A stretch of 64,000 nt of DNA from Eledone cirrhosa. Lineage: Eukaryota. The stretch covers positions 13,206,001 through 13,270,000 of the forward strand of contig OZ024741.1 of the NCBI GenBank assembly GCA_964016885.1, given 5' to 3'. Under the pieces are notes generated by a model. The model saw nothing but the letters and a program-made list of their open reading frames with translations, ran no database searches and was not told the origin of the DNA. A program made the position numbers and the translations under genes. This document shows positions 23,506 to 36,481 of the stretch, one piece after another. Each line of letters begins with the position of its first letter. Positions within the stretch are counted from its first letter, which is position 1.

Positions 23506-26250
23506 TAATAATGCTAATGATAGAAACAACAACAACCACCCTGATAACAATAATAGCAACACACACAACTATGACGATAGATATAATGACAACCCCTTAG
23601 AGAAACCATTTTTCAACCCAGCTGACAAAACATATAAGATGGGTAATATCTATCCTACGAGGTTACCCTTTAATAAAAGGGTTTGCATACCACAACAAAT
23701 AGATGACGAGACAGAGGCACAGTTCACCATAGCTAGAAATAAGATTAGACAAATAGTAGACCGGTTTACTAAGAGACAGAGCAGACCAGAGGTCCAACAA
23801 CTTGGGAGGAAACCTGTAGAAGGCTTGGTTAGCCTCAAGCAGCGCACAAGGGATGGTGAGGTAGTATGTCTACCCACGGATAAGTCTGGTAGGATGTCAA
23901 TAGACAGCATGCCGAACTACATCAAGGCTATGCAACCCCACATCACCAACACGAGCGAAATTCATAGCAAATACATGATGGGAGAGAGAAAATCCTCAAC
24001 GCTCACATGATGATGTGGACCGACATCCTAAAGCCAAGCAGACGCACTGCCAACAACTTTCAGGCGTCTAACAATGGCATACCACCCTTGTATGGGCTCC
24101 ACAAAGACCACAAGACAGTCGACGACCCGACAACAGGACCACCAACAAGACCTGTATGCGGAGCAAATATAGCTAGCAACTACAGGATCTCCTACTTCCT
24201 CTCAATGGTTATATGCCCCATAATCAAGATGTCCCCAGATGTATGTGACAGTACAGAGGACCTCCTCAGCAGAATCAGTGAGTGCAACAAAAATAGGAAC
24301 CTATCCAACTGCATAATAGGCAGTATGGATGTGGTATCACTGTACCCATCCATTAACATTGATTTTCTGTGGAAAAATGTGTGGAGATGATCATTGAGAG
24401 TGAGGTGGAGTTCTGCGACGTCGACACAAACGACCTGGGCCTCCTACTTAGACTTACCTATGACACTGACTACCTAGACAGCCATGACCTTAGACGTTTC
24501 TGCCCCAGTAGACCCATAAGAGGTACCCCCCCCCCCCCCAACCATAACCTCAATGGCAAAAAAGACTCCCATGGGAAGGTGGATTGGGTGGACCAAAGCT
24601 ATACGGAGCCCCCAAAACAATGATCAGGTAAGAAAAATGGTCGCACATGTAATAGGGGCTAGTAGCAAAACTACCCTAAAGGGCCACATATTCAAATTCA
24701 ACGAGAAGATCTACACCCAAAATGAGGGAGCAGCCATTGGCGTCAGCATAGCTGGTGACGTTGCCAAACTTTTTATGGTATGGTGGGAAAGGAGACTCAA
24801 AGATCTCCTTGATGAGAGCTCCATAGACCTCATCATGTACTCTCGTTACGTAGACGATATCAATATAGTAATAAGGACATCCCCACAAGAGAGTACTAAC
24901 AAATTTGATTTAGAATGTAGCACAATGGAAAGCATCCAGCAGATAGCTAATTCCATACACCAGAGTATAACTGTAACTATCGACTACCCTTCCAAACACC
25001 CTAACAATAGACTACCTGTATTAGACACGGAACTCTGGATTAACACTATAGACGAGAGAGCCCAAATTCTCCACTCACACTATGCTAAACCCATAGCCTC
25101 CAAATACCTGATACTCAAAAACTCAGCAATGTCCAATAGTGCTAAGTTTAATGTTCTGATCGCAGATTTGGTACGAGTGATGAAGAATGTGTCCCGCATG
25201 TGCGACCCAACAGAAATGGAAAGACACTTCCAACACTTCATCAACCGTATCCAGTTCTCTGGCTACAACCAAAGAGACAGAATCAGAGTATACGAAGGAG
25301 CCACGGAGAAGTATAAGATCCTCCTAGAACTGGACATGAAAGGAATTTTCCCATTATACAGGAGCAAATCATGGAATAGCTTAGATAGGACTAGACATAA
25401 GATAGGGAAAGCCACCTCATGGTACGACAACCAGAGATACCAGAGTGTCATGTTTGTGGACGCTACCCCTGGAGGGAAATTAGCTAACCAGTGTCGAAAG
25501 GCCCTGAGAAAGACCCATTTAAAGATTAAGGTGGTAGAAAAGCCAGGAACCACCATAAAATCCCTGATCAGCAAAACCTACCCTTTTAAGAAAATCCACT
25601 GTACTAATAGGAAATGTATTATATGTAAAGCAAAAACCCCCGGATAAACTGTAAAACTAGAAACGTAGTCTATAGCATAAGATGTACAGAGGGTACTTGC
25701 AGAAACATCACAACAACATACATAGGCGAGACAGCTCGTAGCATAGGTGAAAGGATAGACCAACACTGGAGGAACTAAAAGGACGAAATAACGGTTCAGT
25801 ACTATCGAACATGCCAGTCAACACGACGGTAACATAGACAACATAGAAGTTAGAATAATATCTAAACATAGAAACGACCCAGCAAATAGGCAAATCAGAC
25901 AGGCCAGCGAAATAGAACTTAGAAGACCAAGGCTAAACAGAAAAAATGAATGGAATAACAACACCCAAACAAACAACACTGACCTAAGAGAAGTATAAAT
26001 AAATAAATAAATACATACACAAGCACAATAACAACAAACATATAAACACACACTAGTAAACTAAGATAGAATACAATAACCAATACACAGTCACCCAAAC
26101 ACGAACACACATCAAACAAAACACTATACACACACGCAAACGCATGCGCAGAGAAGACGAAAAACAAATAAACAAATAAATAAATAAATAAATAAACAGA
26201 CTAAATAAAGATGGCGTAGGCATACAATACGACGGGAGGAAGCATAATAG

Positions 26251-26296
26251 CACCACTGACGATGTTGCAGATGTGCCACGAAAGAACTTTGTTAGA
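26251..26296 (+). ncRNA. Degenerate hammerhead-like motif in the pseudo-LTR (mirror copy at about 21887..21931 on -)
   Basis: CUGACGA-U-GUUGCA-GAUG-UGCCAC-GAAAG-AA-CUU. Stem II has one mismatch and stem I pairs poorly. Confidence 0.4.
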
Positions 26297-26550
26297 CTAT
26301 ATTTGTGTTTGTGTCTATAATATATATGTATTTTTGACCGTTGGTCAGTCAATGGTAACATTGAGGACCGAATAAATTAGATTAACCGATATAAAAAACA
26401 CAGAAGCGAAAACCAACCAAACAGTGAGTGTGTTCTGTTATTAATTCTGGCAATATTATTACACAAATATGACCCTCCCCAAGTATAACAATATTTGTTT
26501 CGACACACGATTTCATATCAAAAACCTCGCAAAACTAATTCATCGCCGTT

Positions 26551-26622
<72 letters not shown>

Positions 26623-26629
<7 letters not shown>

Positions 26630-27099
26630 TAAACGGAATAGAAAATGCTGACAAATTGTTCACAGTTGAAAAATGGTTTAATTAGGAATAAAAGAGTATT
26701 AGTGATTGTATGGGTTAGTATTCAGTTGTGGTTTTAAGTTTTTAAGTTTTTACCGGTTGCGCATTTCTAAATGCTTTTCAAAAATAATTTTGAGATAGAG
26801 TGTCCGTGCTGTTTGCTCTGATCTGTTAGTTTTGTGAATTCTACCTGTTTTTATGTTAAAAAAGTGGCTCCAGCGTTACTTTGGTGTTGCAAAATTTCTT
26901 GTGGTCAAAACAATTTTGATTGGTCGGTAGAGGTCATGTGAGTGTAAAAAATTGATTTTGCGCCAAGACTGTTTTTATGTTAAAAAAGTGGCTCCAGCAA
27001 CAATTCTTGTGGTCAAAACAATTTTGATTGGTCGGTAGAGGTCATGTGAATAAAAAATTGGTTTTGCGCCAAGATTGAGAAATGACTCTTTCACAACAA

Positions 27100-27169
<70 letters not shown>

Positions 27170-27235
27170 TAGTAGTAAGGTGTTCGATGTTGTGATAATG
27201 GTTAGCAGCGATGTGTGTCAAATGGCTATTGAGAT

Positions 27236-27284
<49 letters not shown>

Positions 27285-28596
27285 GCAGAGTAATTCGTGG
27301 TGGCAGGGATGGTCAGTAAGAATGTGTCTGAAAGCAATGGGGGGTATTTTAGCATGTCAAAAGATATTTTTCAGCTTTTGTCTTATACGGAGAAGTGCGT
27401 GTGTGTGTGTGTGTATATAAGTCTCTTTTTATGTTGATGTACGCGTGTGTATGTGTGTGTGTATATATATCTGTGTGTGTGTGTGGGGGGGGGGGGGGGG
27501 GTGGACCAGTATTTTTACCCCTGGTAAAATGGTGTACACACTCATAGGCAGGGACTACCCTGCAGCACTAATTGACAATGGAATCCAACGTGCCCTAAAA
27601 CTCAGTACCCAGGACCTTAGACACCCTAAAGTAAATCAACCAAAACTAAAAGCTCTTCCATACATCTCCACACACAACCCCCTCAACAATGAGGCCTTTG
27701 ACACCATCCTCCAGAACATCCCTGTATTGAAAAAGGACCATAGAATGAACCAAATTCTACGAACACACGATATCATAAAGAGCAAAAGACAATCCAAGTC
27801 AATGAAAAACATCTTAACACATGCCAAAGTACTGCCAACCACAACAACGAAACCCACAGTAAAAAAAATGCGATAGACCCAACTGTGGCATTTGCATCAA
27901 CCTAATAGAGGGTTCGGAATTCTATTTCAAAGATGGACAACGTTTTATAGTAAAACACAATTTCACATGTGCATCGGAAAATCTAATATATGTATTAACT
28001 TGTTCAGGTTGTCGAGAACAATACATAGGCCAGACCAAAAACAGCCTCCGCCAACGCATGACTGTCCATAGATCCCAAATTAAAATACGGGAATACAGGA
28101 AAATACCACTGAGTCAACACATTGATACCTGTGCCGCCCAAAATCATCCCAACTTCAGAATCTTTCTCCTCTACAAATTTAAAGATAATGCCACCCACAC
28201 CCAGCGCATCAGCAAGGAATCTTACTTCATTAACAAATACGGACCCCGTCTAAACACTTCTCCCTAAGACGAACCCACAACATACACACGTCAACATACA
28301 TACCTACATCAGCACACATCTCTACCCACATATAAACACAATGACATACGTAAACACACATGCTCTATGGTGCAACACAAAAAAATATATGTGCATATAT
28401 ATGTGTATATATGTGTATATATGTATATATATATATATATGTATATAGTAAATATATGTATGTGTGTATATATATATAGTGAATATCATTTCACACCTTT
28501 TATTGTTAAGATTTTTGATGTTCTATTAAGAGAACCGATTTTACTGAAAAAATCGAATAATGTACACCATTTTACCAGGGGGAAAAAAATACTGGT

Positions 28597-28653
<57 letters not shown>

Positions 28654-28806
28654 CACACGCGTACATCAACATACAAAGAGACTTATATACACACACACAC
28701 ACGAACTTCTCCGTATAAGACAAAAGCTGAAAAATATCTTTTGACATGCTAAAATACTTTCAGACACATTCTTACTGACCATCCCTGCCACCACGAATTA
28801 CTCTGC

Positions 28807-28881
<75 letters not shown>

Positions 28882-28950
28882 ATCTCAATAGCCATTTGAC
28901 ACACATCGCTGCTAACCATTATCACAACATCGAACACCTTACTACTACTA

Positions 28951-28994
<44 letters not shown>

Positions 28995-29349
28995 TTGTTG
29001 TGAAAGAGTCATTTCTCAATCTTGGCGCAAAACCAATTTTTTATTCACATGACCTCTACCGACCAATCAAAATTGTTTTGACCACAAGAATTGTTGCTGG
29101 AGCCACTTTTTTAACATAAAAACAGGTAGAATTCCCAAAACTAATCAGATCAGAGCAAACAACACGGACACTCTATCTCAAAATTATTTTTGAAAAGCAT
29201 TTAGAAATGCGCAACCGGTAAAAACTTAAAAACTTAAAACCACAACTGAATACTAACCCATACAATCACTAATACTCTTTTATTCCTAATTAAACCATTT
29301 TTCAACTGTGAATAATTTGTCAGCATTTTCTATTCCGTTTACCAATATA
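26623..29349 (+). mobile_element. 5'-truncated Penelope-like element (GIY-YIG end only) with an inverted, microsatellite-rich pseudo-LTR
   Basis: 27540..28267 encodes LPYISTHN, KCDRPNCGIC, FTCASENLIYVLTCSGCREQYIGQTKNSLRQRMTVH and KESYFINKY..LN. 26623..27538 is the inverted copy of 28561..29349. Confidence 0.88.
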
Positions 29350-29380
29350 TAAAAACTTGTGTGTTACACCTCTATTCTTT

Positions 29381-29451
<71 letters not shown>

Positions 29452-29851
29452 AAAACGAAGAATCAGTGATGCATCAAAACACAATTTATTAACGTACTAC
29501 AATTGTTTCTCCGGCGAACAGCTCGAGGTGCGATCTATTGGTGGATCAAACAGCCTCTTTAAAGCCATACTGATATGCAATTCTGGTTGATCAGTGGGTC
29601 TGACTGATCAGCCAGTCATCTAATATGTAAATCAGGCCGATCAGTCACTGTATAGTTTAGAAAATATCATATATTTTCACTAGCTCTGCAGTTGGCAGGA
29701 AAACAGTAAACTGTACTGATGAAGGGTAATTACCCAGAAAAATTAGTGTCTGCCGTTCTTTATATATGCCAACACAAGAGCAAGAATGAGGGGCTCATTC
29801 TACTGATATGGCTTTAAAGAGGCTGTTTGTATAATTGCAAATAAATCGAAT

Positions 29852-30072
29852 GGTGGATTGGCAGTATCGGTAGATAGTTGGACACCATGCTTTGCGGCAT
29901 AGAGTTACGGCCCTTTATGATGTCAGTTCAAATCCCGCCGGGGTTAACTTTGCCTTTCATCCTTACGGAGTGGATAAAATAAAGTACCAGTCACACACTG
30001 GGGTCGATTTAATCGACTTTCCCCTCCCTCCCAATTGCTGGCCTTGTGCCTATATAAGAAACCATTATTAAT
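29852..30072 (+). mobile_element. tRNA-derived SINE (Meta-domain-like centre)
   Basis: A-box-like TGGCAGTATCGGTAGA, B-box GTTCAAATCC, central TTTGCCTTTCATCCTT..GATAAAATAAAGTACCAGT and an ATT tail. Confidence 0.85.
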
Positions 30073-30297
30073 ATTCGAAAAACTCAGATTACATATTACA
30101 ATTATATATATATAAACGAAAATTATATATATGTATATATATGTATATATATTTATACACAAACACAAACTCCTCGCACACACACACACACAGACACATA
30201 CACACACACATATATCTATATATGTGTGTGTGTGTGTCTGTGTGTATGTATGCATGTATGTATCTATGTATATATGTATGTGTATATATATATATAT

Positions 30298-30542
30298 ACT
30301 AGCAGATGAACCCGGCGTTGTTCGGGAAATGAATGACAGCCTGAATTGTTCAAGGTCGTTTATGGCGTAGCTGGCAATTTCTGAGTGCATGTCAGCTTAT
30401 GTCAGCTCATTGGCTAGCCAATGAAAGGTCGCCTCAATAGCACGTGCCAAATCGCCTAGTACTTCAAAAGTTAAAAGGAGCCTAGTATGTGTACACAGAC
30501 AGACACACACACACAGACCGACTTGCTTTTATATATATAGAT
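30298..30542. mobile_element. Short non-autonomous Helitron/Helentron-type element
   Basis: Starts ACTAGC..CCCGGCGTTGTTCGGG (subterminal hairpin) and ends TTTTATATATATAGAT. Confidence 0.55.
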
Positions 30543-30825
30543 TTATACACACACATGTATGTATGTATGTGTATATATATAGATTTATACACACACATGT
30601 ATGTATGTATGTATGTGTATATATATAGATTTATACACACACATGTATGTATGTATGTATGTATGTATGTATGTATGTATGTATGTGTATATATATAGAT
30701 TTACAGACACACATGCATGTATGTATGTATGTATGTATGTGTATATATATATAGATTTATACACACACATGTATGTATGTATGTATATATATATAGATTT
30801 ATACACACACATGTATGTATGTATT
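30520..30825. repeat. Compound minisatellite (TATAGATTTATACACACACATG plus (TATG)n)
   Basis: About 6 units with variable TATG counts. Confidence 0.85.
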
Positions 30826-30966
30826 GACGAGGTTATAGGGAATATTAACCATAGTCTCGTTTGCTCACGTGTAACGAGCAAAACCTGACTCACAGTGCTA
30901 ACAAAGTATATATTCGTGATATATATACACACAAACACATACATATGTGTGTATGTATGTCATTTT

Positions 30967-31009
<43 letters not shown>

Positions 31010-31169
31010 TTTGGGTAGTAGAGTGGGTAATAGGAAAAGAGTCAGAACCCCGACGGCAGAGCGCAAGCCGTTTTGACAGCTATTCCTGTACTATTTGCAC
31101 CCAGAAATGTGTCTGTCGCATATATATATACACACATATGTACAATACACGTTACAATACACGGTACAA

Positions 31170-32152
31170 TACAGTAGTATGTATATATATATATACATAC
31201 ATGCACACATATATATATATATATGTACGTATGGATTCACCGAACATTTATAATGTTCGGTGTGTTTGTAAACAAATATCCCGTATTAAACCGTAGTGTC
31301 CAGCAACCACCGTTGCTCGTTTGTTCAACACTGACAAAGGAACGCCGTACTAGTTTCAAGCTTATTAGCTATCGTCAGCAACGTATACCTTCCTGCCAGA
31401 TGATTGAATGTCCGAAAGTATATACTTTCCTTATGCATATTAACGGCTGAGTAGCCCAATTTGCATATCGAGTGGGTTAATCGGCCGGGTGCACCGAAAA
31501 CGATAAAGGGAAAAAATGAAACGAAATTTCATTTCCTACTCTTAGTACGGCTGTTACTTAAATATAAGTATGTACACGTACATACATATATGTATACCGA
31601 CGTACAGTACTATGTATATATATATACATACATGCACACATATATATATGTACGTATGGATTCACCGAACATTTATTATAATGCTCGGTGTGTTTGTAAA
31701 CAAACATCCCGTATTAAGCCGTAGTGTCTAGCAGTAGTGTCAGCCGTACTAAGAGTGGGAAATGAAATTTCGTTTCATTTTTTCCGTCTATCGTTTTCGG
31801 TGCACCCGGCCAATTAACTCACTCGATATGCAAATTGGGCTACTCAGCCGTTAATATGCATAAGGAAAGTATATACTTTCGGACATTCAATCAACTGGCA
31901 GGAAGGTATACGTTGCTGACGATAGCTAATAAGCTTGAAACTAGTACAGCGTTCCTTTGTCAGTGTTGAACAAACGAGCAACGGTGGTTGCTAGACACTA
32001 CGGCTTAATACGGGATGTTTGTTTACAAACACACCGAGCATTATAATAAATGTTCGGTGAGACCATACGTACATATATATATGTGTGCATGTATGTATAT
32101 ATTATACATACTACTGTACGTCTGTATACATATATGTATGTACGTGTACATA

Positions 32153-32155
<3 letters not shown>
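31170..32155. repeat. Unit of about 425 bp: about 1.3 tandem copies followed by an inverted copy, carrying a hammerhead
   Basis: ATGGATTCACCGAAC occurs at 31231 and 31656. 31741 onward is the reverse complement of the unit. Flanks are TA-rich. Confidence 0.88.
31910..31952 (+). ncRNA. Minimal type I hammerhead (mirror copy 31342..31384 on -)
   Basis: ACGUUG-CUGACGA-U-AGCU-AAUA-AGCU-U-GAAAC-UA-GUA-CAGCGU. Confidence 0.75.
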
Positions 32156-32227
<72 letters not shown>

Positions 32228-32249
32228 TTATTTATAGATGTATGTATGT

Positions 32250-32450
32250 AAAAGGTAAACAGTACAGTATATGGAAGGGATATATTAGGTTAACGCTTGA
32301 TATAGCAGGAAGAAGGTCTAAACGTTTTGGACGTTAGTCCTTCATCAGAAGAAAGAATAAGAAATAAGATATATTGAGGGGACGGGCGGGTTGGAATTGG
32401 AAAACATGTCTTTAGATCAAAATAACAGGTCCCTTCATGTTGGCATTTCA
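32250..32450 (-). repeat. Dispersed hammerhead repeat, family copy 2 (ribozyme at 32317..32352 has GAAA changed to AAAA)
   Basis: Minus strand reads UCUU-CUGAUGA-A-GGAC-UAAC-GUCC-AAAAC-GUU-UAGA. Confidence 0.8.
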
Positions 32451-32536
32451 TATATACACACTCTGCTCTGAATGGACATAGAGTGCTCAACCGGCATACC
32501 TCCTATGGAAGCATCTTAGCTACCATCAGACACACC

Positions 32537-32625
<89 letters not shown>

Positions 32626-33268
32626 TGTGTGTGTGTGTGTACACAGATATATCCTATGTCTGTGTGTATGTGTGCGTATCATGTGTGAGTGAGTGTGGGT
32701 TTATAGACTCATATGCATATAGTTTGTGCATCCATGGATGGGGACGAGTATGTGTGCGTCTGTGTATACGTATGTTTAACGCACGTGCCCACACCATGTT
32801 TCCCTACTAGTGTGTATACACACATGTGTATGTTTATCCTGTGTGTGTGCATGTGCGTGTATATATGTATGTATATGCTTGTGCATACACTCTGATCACT
32901 AACCCTTATAACATGAGTCCCCTTAACTATACCCTACCACACCTAACACTCCCACCCTAAACACCGCAATCTTCCATCCAGAATCATAAACCGCACCACC
33001 AGCACACCCACACCCCACACTGAGAATCAGGCTCAAAGTCCACGCCAATCTGTCTAGTGACAAGCAAAAGGCCACACACCGCCACCCACTTCAACCTATG
33101 TCACGCTCCACCAACTCATCACCACACTCACCACCACCCAACCTACACTACAGGCGAAAACATCCCTTAGAATTAACCCACCAATCAAAACAAATCTCAC
33201 TGACCAGCATAGGAACATCAGACTTTCTCGTACGCCATGTATAATCATGTTTTCATTACCACTAAAAG

Positions 33269-33353
33269 GGTCTGACGAGCCGCGGATTACAGAGTTGGGC
33301 TAGATCGACACAGATCGATCCTTGAGCTGATCGGAGGCGGAACGCGCGTCACC
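33269..33353 (+). ncRNA. Type I hammerhead with one core substitution (GGAAC in place of GAAAC)
   Basis: GGU-CUGACGA-GCC...GGC-GGAAC-GCGC-GUC-ACC, with a palindromic stem III. Confidence 0.55.
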
Positions 33354-33419
33354 AACTAATAAACGGAATGAAGGAATAACCACTCGTCCTTGTTTTATTT
33401 TATTATATATATATATAGG

Positions 33420-33605
33420 GGTGGTGGATTGACAGTATCAGTAGAGGGTCGGACACCATGCTTTGACGCATAGAGTTACGACCCTTGCTATTCTGTGTTC
33501 AAATCCCGCCGAGGTTAACTTTGCCTTTCATCCTTACGGGGTCGATAAAATAAAGTACCGGTAATGCTCTGGGTAATTGCTGGCTTTGTGCCAAAAGTAG
33601 AAACT
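33420..33605 (+). mobile_element. tRNA-derived SINE
   Basis: Same family as 29852..30072. Confidence 0.85.
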
Positions 33606-33606
33606 A

Positions 33607-34253
33607 GCTCGCACCAACTGGAGGTATATGATTTTTAAAGCGATGAAATACCAATGAAGGTTGGAAAATCACTGATGAAGGACTATTTTTATCATATGTG
33701 ACCGATGTGCAACCACGCAGTATTCATTCTTCTCATGTTTTTTATATATATTTTCCCCAGCTGCGTTTGTCTGTTTCTCTCTTACTGCTTCCCCCTCTCT
33801 CTGTTTCTCTCACCTTCTTTCGCCCCCTCTGTCAGTTACACTTTCTCTCGACTGGCCTCTTCCTCGCACTTCCACTCACTCACTCTCTGCTTCTCCCCTT
33901 CTCACTTCCTCCCGTTTGGGCTGAAGTGAGGTCCTTTCTTGCTGACACCTCACTCGCGTCGCACGGTCTGTTGTCTCTCGCTCATGAAATCCACACAGCT
34001 AAAGCTGATCGGACTCCCATGTGCTTGTTTTATTCCTATCTTTGCGTTGCTATGCTTCTATGTTTGTTTACTTGTCTCGCTCGCTTTACGCGATTTACTT
34101 GTCCCAATAGCTTTATTTAGCTATTGCTCGCACCAACTGGATGTATATGATTTTTAAAGCGATGAAATACCAATGAAGGTTGGAAAATCACTGATGAAGG
34201 ACTATTTTTATCATATGTAACCCATGTGCAACCACGCAGTATTCATTCTTCTC

Positions 34254-34260
<7 letters not shown>
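33607..34260. repeat. Non-coding unit of about 519 bp with a terminal direct repeat (about 1.25 copies)
   Basis: GCTCGCACCAACTGG occurs at 33607 and 34126. The unit is homologous to 15144..15790 and ends in (TA)n. Confidence 0.85.
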
Positions 34261-34300
<40 letters not shown>

Positions 34301-34949
34301 AATGCAATCTGAATCTTTCGAATTTTAATAATAACATTCGATTCGTTTGCAATTATGTAAACAAGCCTCAATTTGATAGCCATGTCAGTAGAATGAACAC
34401 TTCATTCATACACGCACACATATTCATATATGTATATATATAAATAAATGTATACATATAGTTCCAGTTAGGCAGTAGGCTAGATTCTCTCTCTCTCTCT
34501 CGAAGTTATCGGCTGTTCTAACCAGCCTTGAGAGGATGGACACCGCCAGGTTTAAAATGCGTAAGATAGGATGTGTGTCAAGACGACACCCCTACGACTT
34601 CATCAGATGTCAAGACGCATCCTTACGACTTCATCAGGTGTTGAAAACCCTTACGTTTTCTTTTTGTTTTCGTATATCAAGATGGAAATAACATTGGAAA
34701 CTGCAGATAGCTGGGGTTTCTGATTTGTGGAGACAACTAAATATAATCGAGTTCCACTATCTATTGTAAGTGTATACACTGCTCAAAGATTTCATTTCTG
34801 GTCCCGTAACTCCTAAGTGAGTCATAGGGGTGCCATATTGCCATATGGTGTTCCTAGGATATTTTAAAACCTGGCGGAGCCCATCTCCTCTCTAGATCTA
34901 CATACAGCATATTTCTCCCAGTGAAGGATAGACAGAGAGATAAAGGAAG

Positions 34950-35235
34950 TGATAGACTGGTATTGTTTTATAGGCCTTGAAAGGATAAAAGGCAAAGTTG
35001 ACCTCGGTGGGATTTGAACTCAGAGAGCAGAGAGTCGAAACAAATACTGCAATGCATTCTCTCCGACGTTTTATATAGTCCATCCGACAGGCTTCCAAAC
35101 AGTTTCTGTCTACCTAATTTCGCCCATAAAGCTTGGGTTGACCCGAAGCAATCGTAAATTGCTCTTACCCAAAATGCCATGCAATGAGATCGGACCCGTG
35201 GAGTGAACTTCTTCTCCATTCGACTATGTAGCGTC
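34950..35235 (-). mobile_element. Two adjacent degenerate SINE fragments
   Basis: 34950..35040 is the reverse complement of the B-box and central domain of the main SINE. 35075..35235 resembles the head and core of a second SINE. Confidence 0.55.
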
Positions 35236-35970
35236 TACAGCGAGTTGAAGGGAGAAGCAGGGAAAACTTCATCGTTGATATGACAGATGGGAGAGTGAAA
35301 GACGACTTAATTCCTTCCTGAAGGCCGTTCATCACCAGAAAGGTTCGTAAACCAAAACTATTTTTTTCCATTCGAAATGTTGAGAGAGGAATACAATGAG
35401 AGAGAGGGAGAGAGAGAGAGAGTGAAACTGTGTGTGAAAGACAAATAAATATCACCATAGTAACTAACTACACAGCAAGTGACGCTGTCCCATCGAAACT
35501 CCCAGGATGTCGCCCGCCGTTATTCCCGGTTTGCGTGGTCGTTACTCGAGAGACCGTTCGTGAACCGCGACACGGAAAAAATTGTTCGTGAACTGAGGTT
35601 CCACTGGATATCTTTAATGACAAATAAAAACGACGGGAGTGGTTACAGCTGTATACGTGTTTCTGTGGTAGTTTTATGACAAGAGAAGGGTAAGAAGCCT
35701 GCTATATTGTGGCTCAAGTAAACCGGGACCTGGATGTCGTGCATTGGATAGCTGGTGAAGAGGATGTTCTGCAATGTTATACATACAATGTATGGATGTG
35801 TGAGCGCGCGCGTGTGTGTGTATTCATATATACACATATATATGCGCACACACGTATTTATGTATATACATGTGTATATATATATGTATATATGTATATA
35901 TATATATACACATGTATATATATATATATACATATACATATACATATATACATACATATACATATACATG

Positions 35971-36003
<33 letters not shown>

Positions 36004-36104
36004 ACATACATACATACATATATGTATACATATATATGTATATATATGTATATATATGTATATATATATATAATTATGTAATAAACAACATAAGACAATT
36101 ATTC

Positions 36105-36171
36105 CATTTACCAAAGGTTTCACGAAGACAGACGAGCTCAACACAGACGTCTGAAATCGCTCATCAGAATG
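36105..36171 (-). ncRNA. Type I hammerhead ribozyme with an intact core
   Basis: CAUU-CUGAUGA-GCGA-uuu-CAGACG..CGUCUG-ucu-UCGU-GAAACC-UUU-GGUA-AAUG. Confidence 0.78.
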
Positions 36172-36434
36172 AAAATTTAATATCTGAGCACTCCTTTCCT
36201 TTACCCTTCCTACGGAAATATTTCATATATATATATATTTCGTTTCTGAATTTGTTTAACAAGATTCTTTATCTGAAAACGTGTGTTGAAACCGATATTG
36301 TTATACTTTTGGAGGGTCATGTTGCCAATAAGAAACACACGCACCAGTTGCTTTCACTCCAATTTATTATAAATTAAATTAAAATAATTTTTTTTTAAAA
36401 AAATTTTTTTTTTTAAATATATATATATATACAT

Positions 36435-36481
36435 ATAGGAAAATAGTCAGAACCCCGACGGGTTCTGACTATTTTCCTATT
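36435..36481. repeat. Perfect 21-bp-stem hairpin
   Basis: ATAGGAAAATAGTCAGAACCC-CGAC-GGGTTCTGACTATTTTCCTAT. The arm is related to 31006..31056. Confidence 0.85.

Larger units (their letters stand above)
22631..25965 (+). pseudogene. Penelope-like polyprotein (N-terminal region with an Asn-rich insert, RT, GIY-YIG), frameshifted
   Basis: Begins ILQLPPRFAL..ELEKCFTKIRW. Continues in ORFs 23639..24010, 24007..24390, 24369..24623 and 24553..25647, with the GIY-YIG frames downstream. Confidence 0.85.
21691..26493 (+). mobile_element. Penelope-like element (RT plus C-terminal GIY-YIG) with an inverted pseudo-LTR of about 940 bp
   Basis: RT motifs PPTRPVC, GSMDVVSLYPSI, QNEGAAIG and YSRYVDDI. GIY-YIG motifs NVVYSIRC..YIGETARSIGERI..H and LNRKNEW. 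21691..22630 is the reverse complement of 25551..26490. Confidence 0.92.

Noticed and set aside
23639-25965. Selenocysteine recoding in the Penelope-like ORF
   Set aside because: The breaks I traced are frameshifts rather than in-frame TGA at Cys positions, and no SECIS was recognised.
29711-29750. CUGAUGA-A-GGGU-AAUU-ACCC-AGAAA hammerhead-like motif, and a minus-strand CUGAUCA...GAAAC-AAUU-GUA at about 29495..29600
   Set aside because: There is an extra base or a core mutation and no convincing stem I, so these are at best decayed copies and were not called.
29852-29945. tRNA genes at A/B-box motifs
   Set aside because: No cloverleaf forms, and they continue into a shared SINE body and tail.
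34570-34660. Duplicated minus-strand CUGAUGAAGUCG motifs
   Set aside because: There is no properly placed GAAA or stem III. It is a short tandem duplication of uncertain origin.
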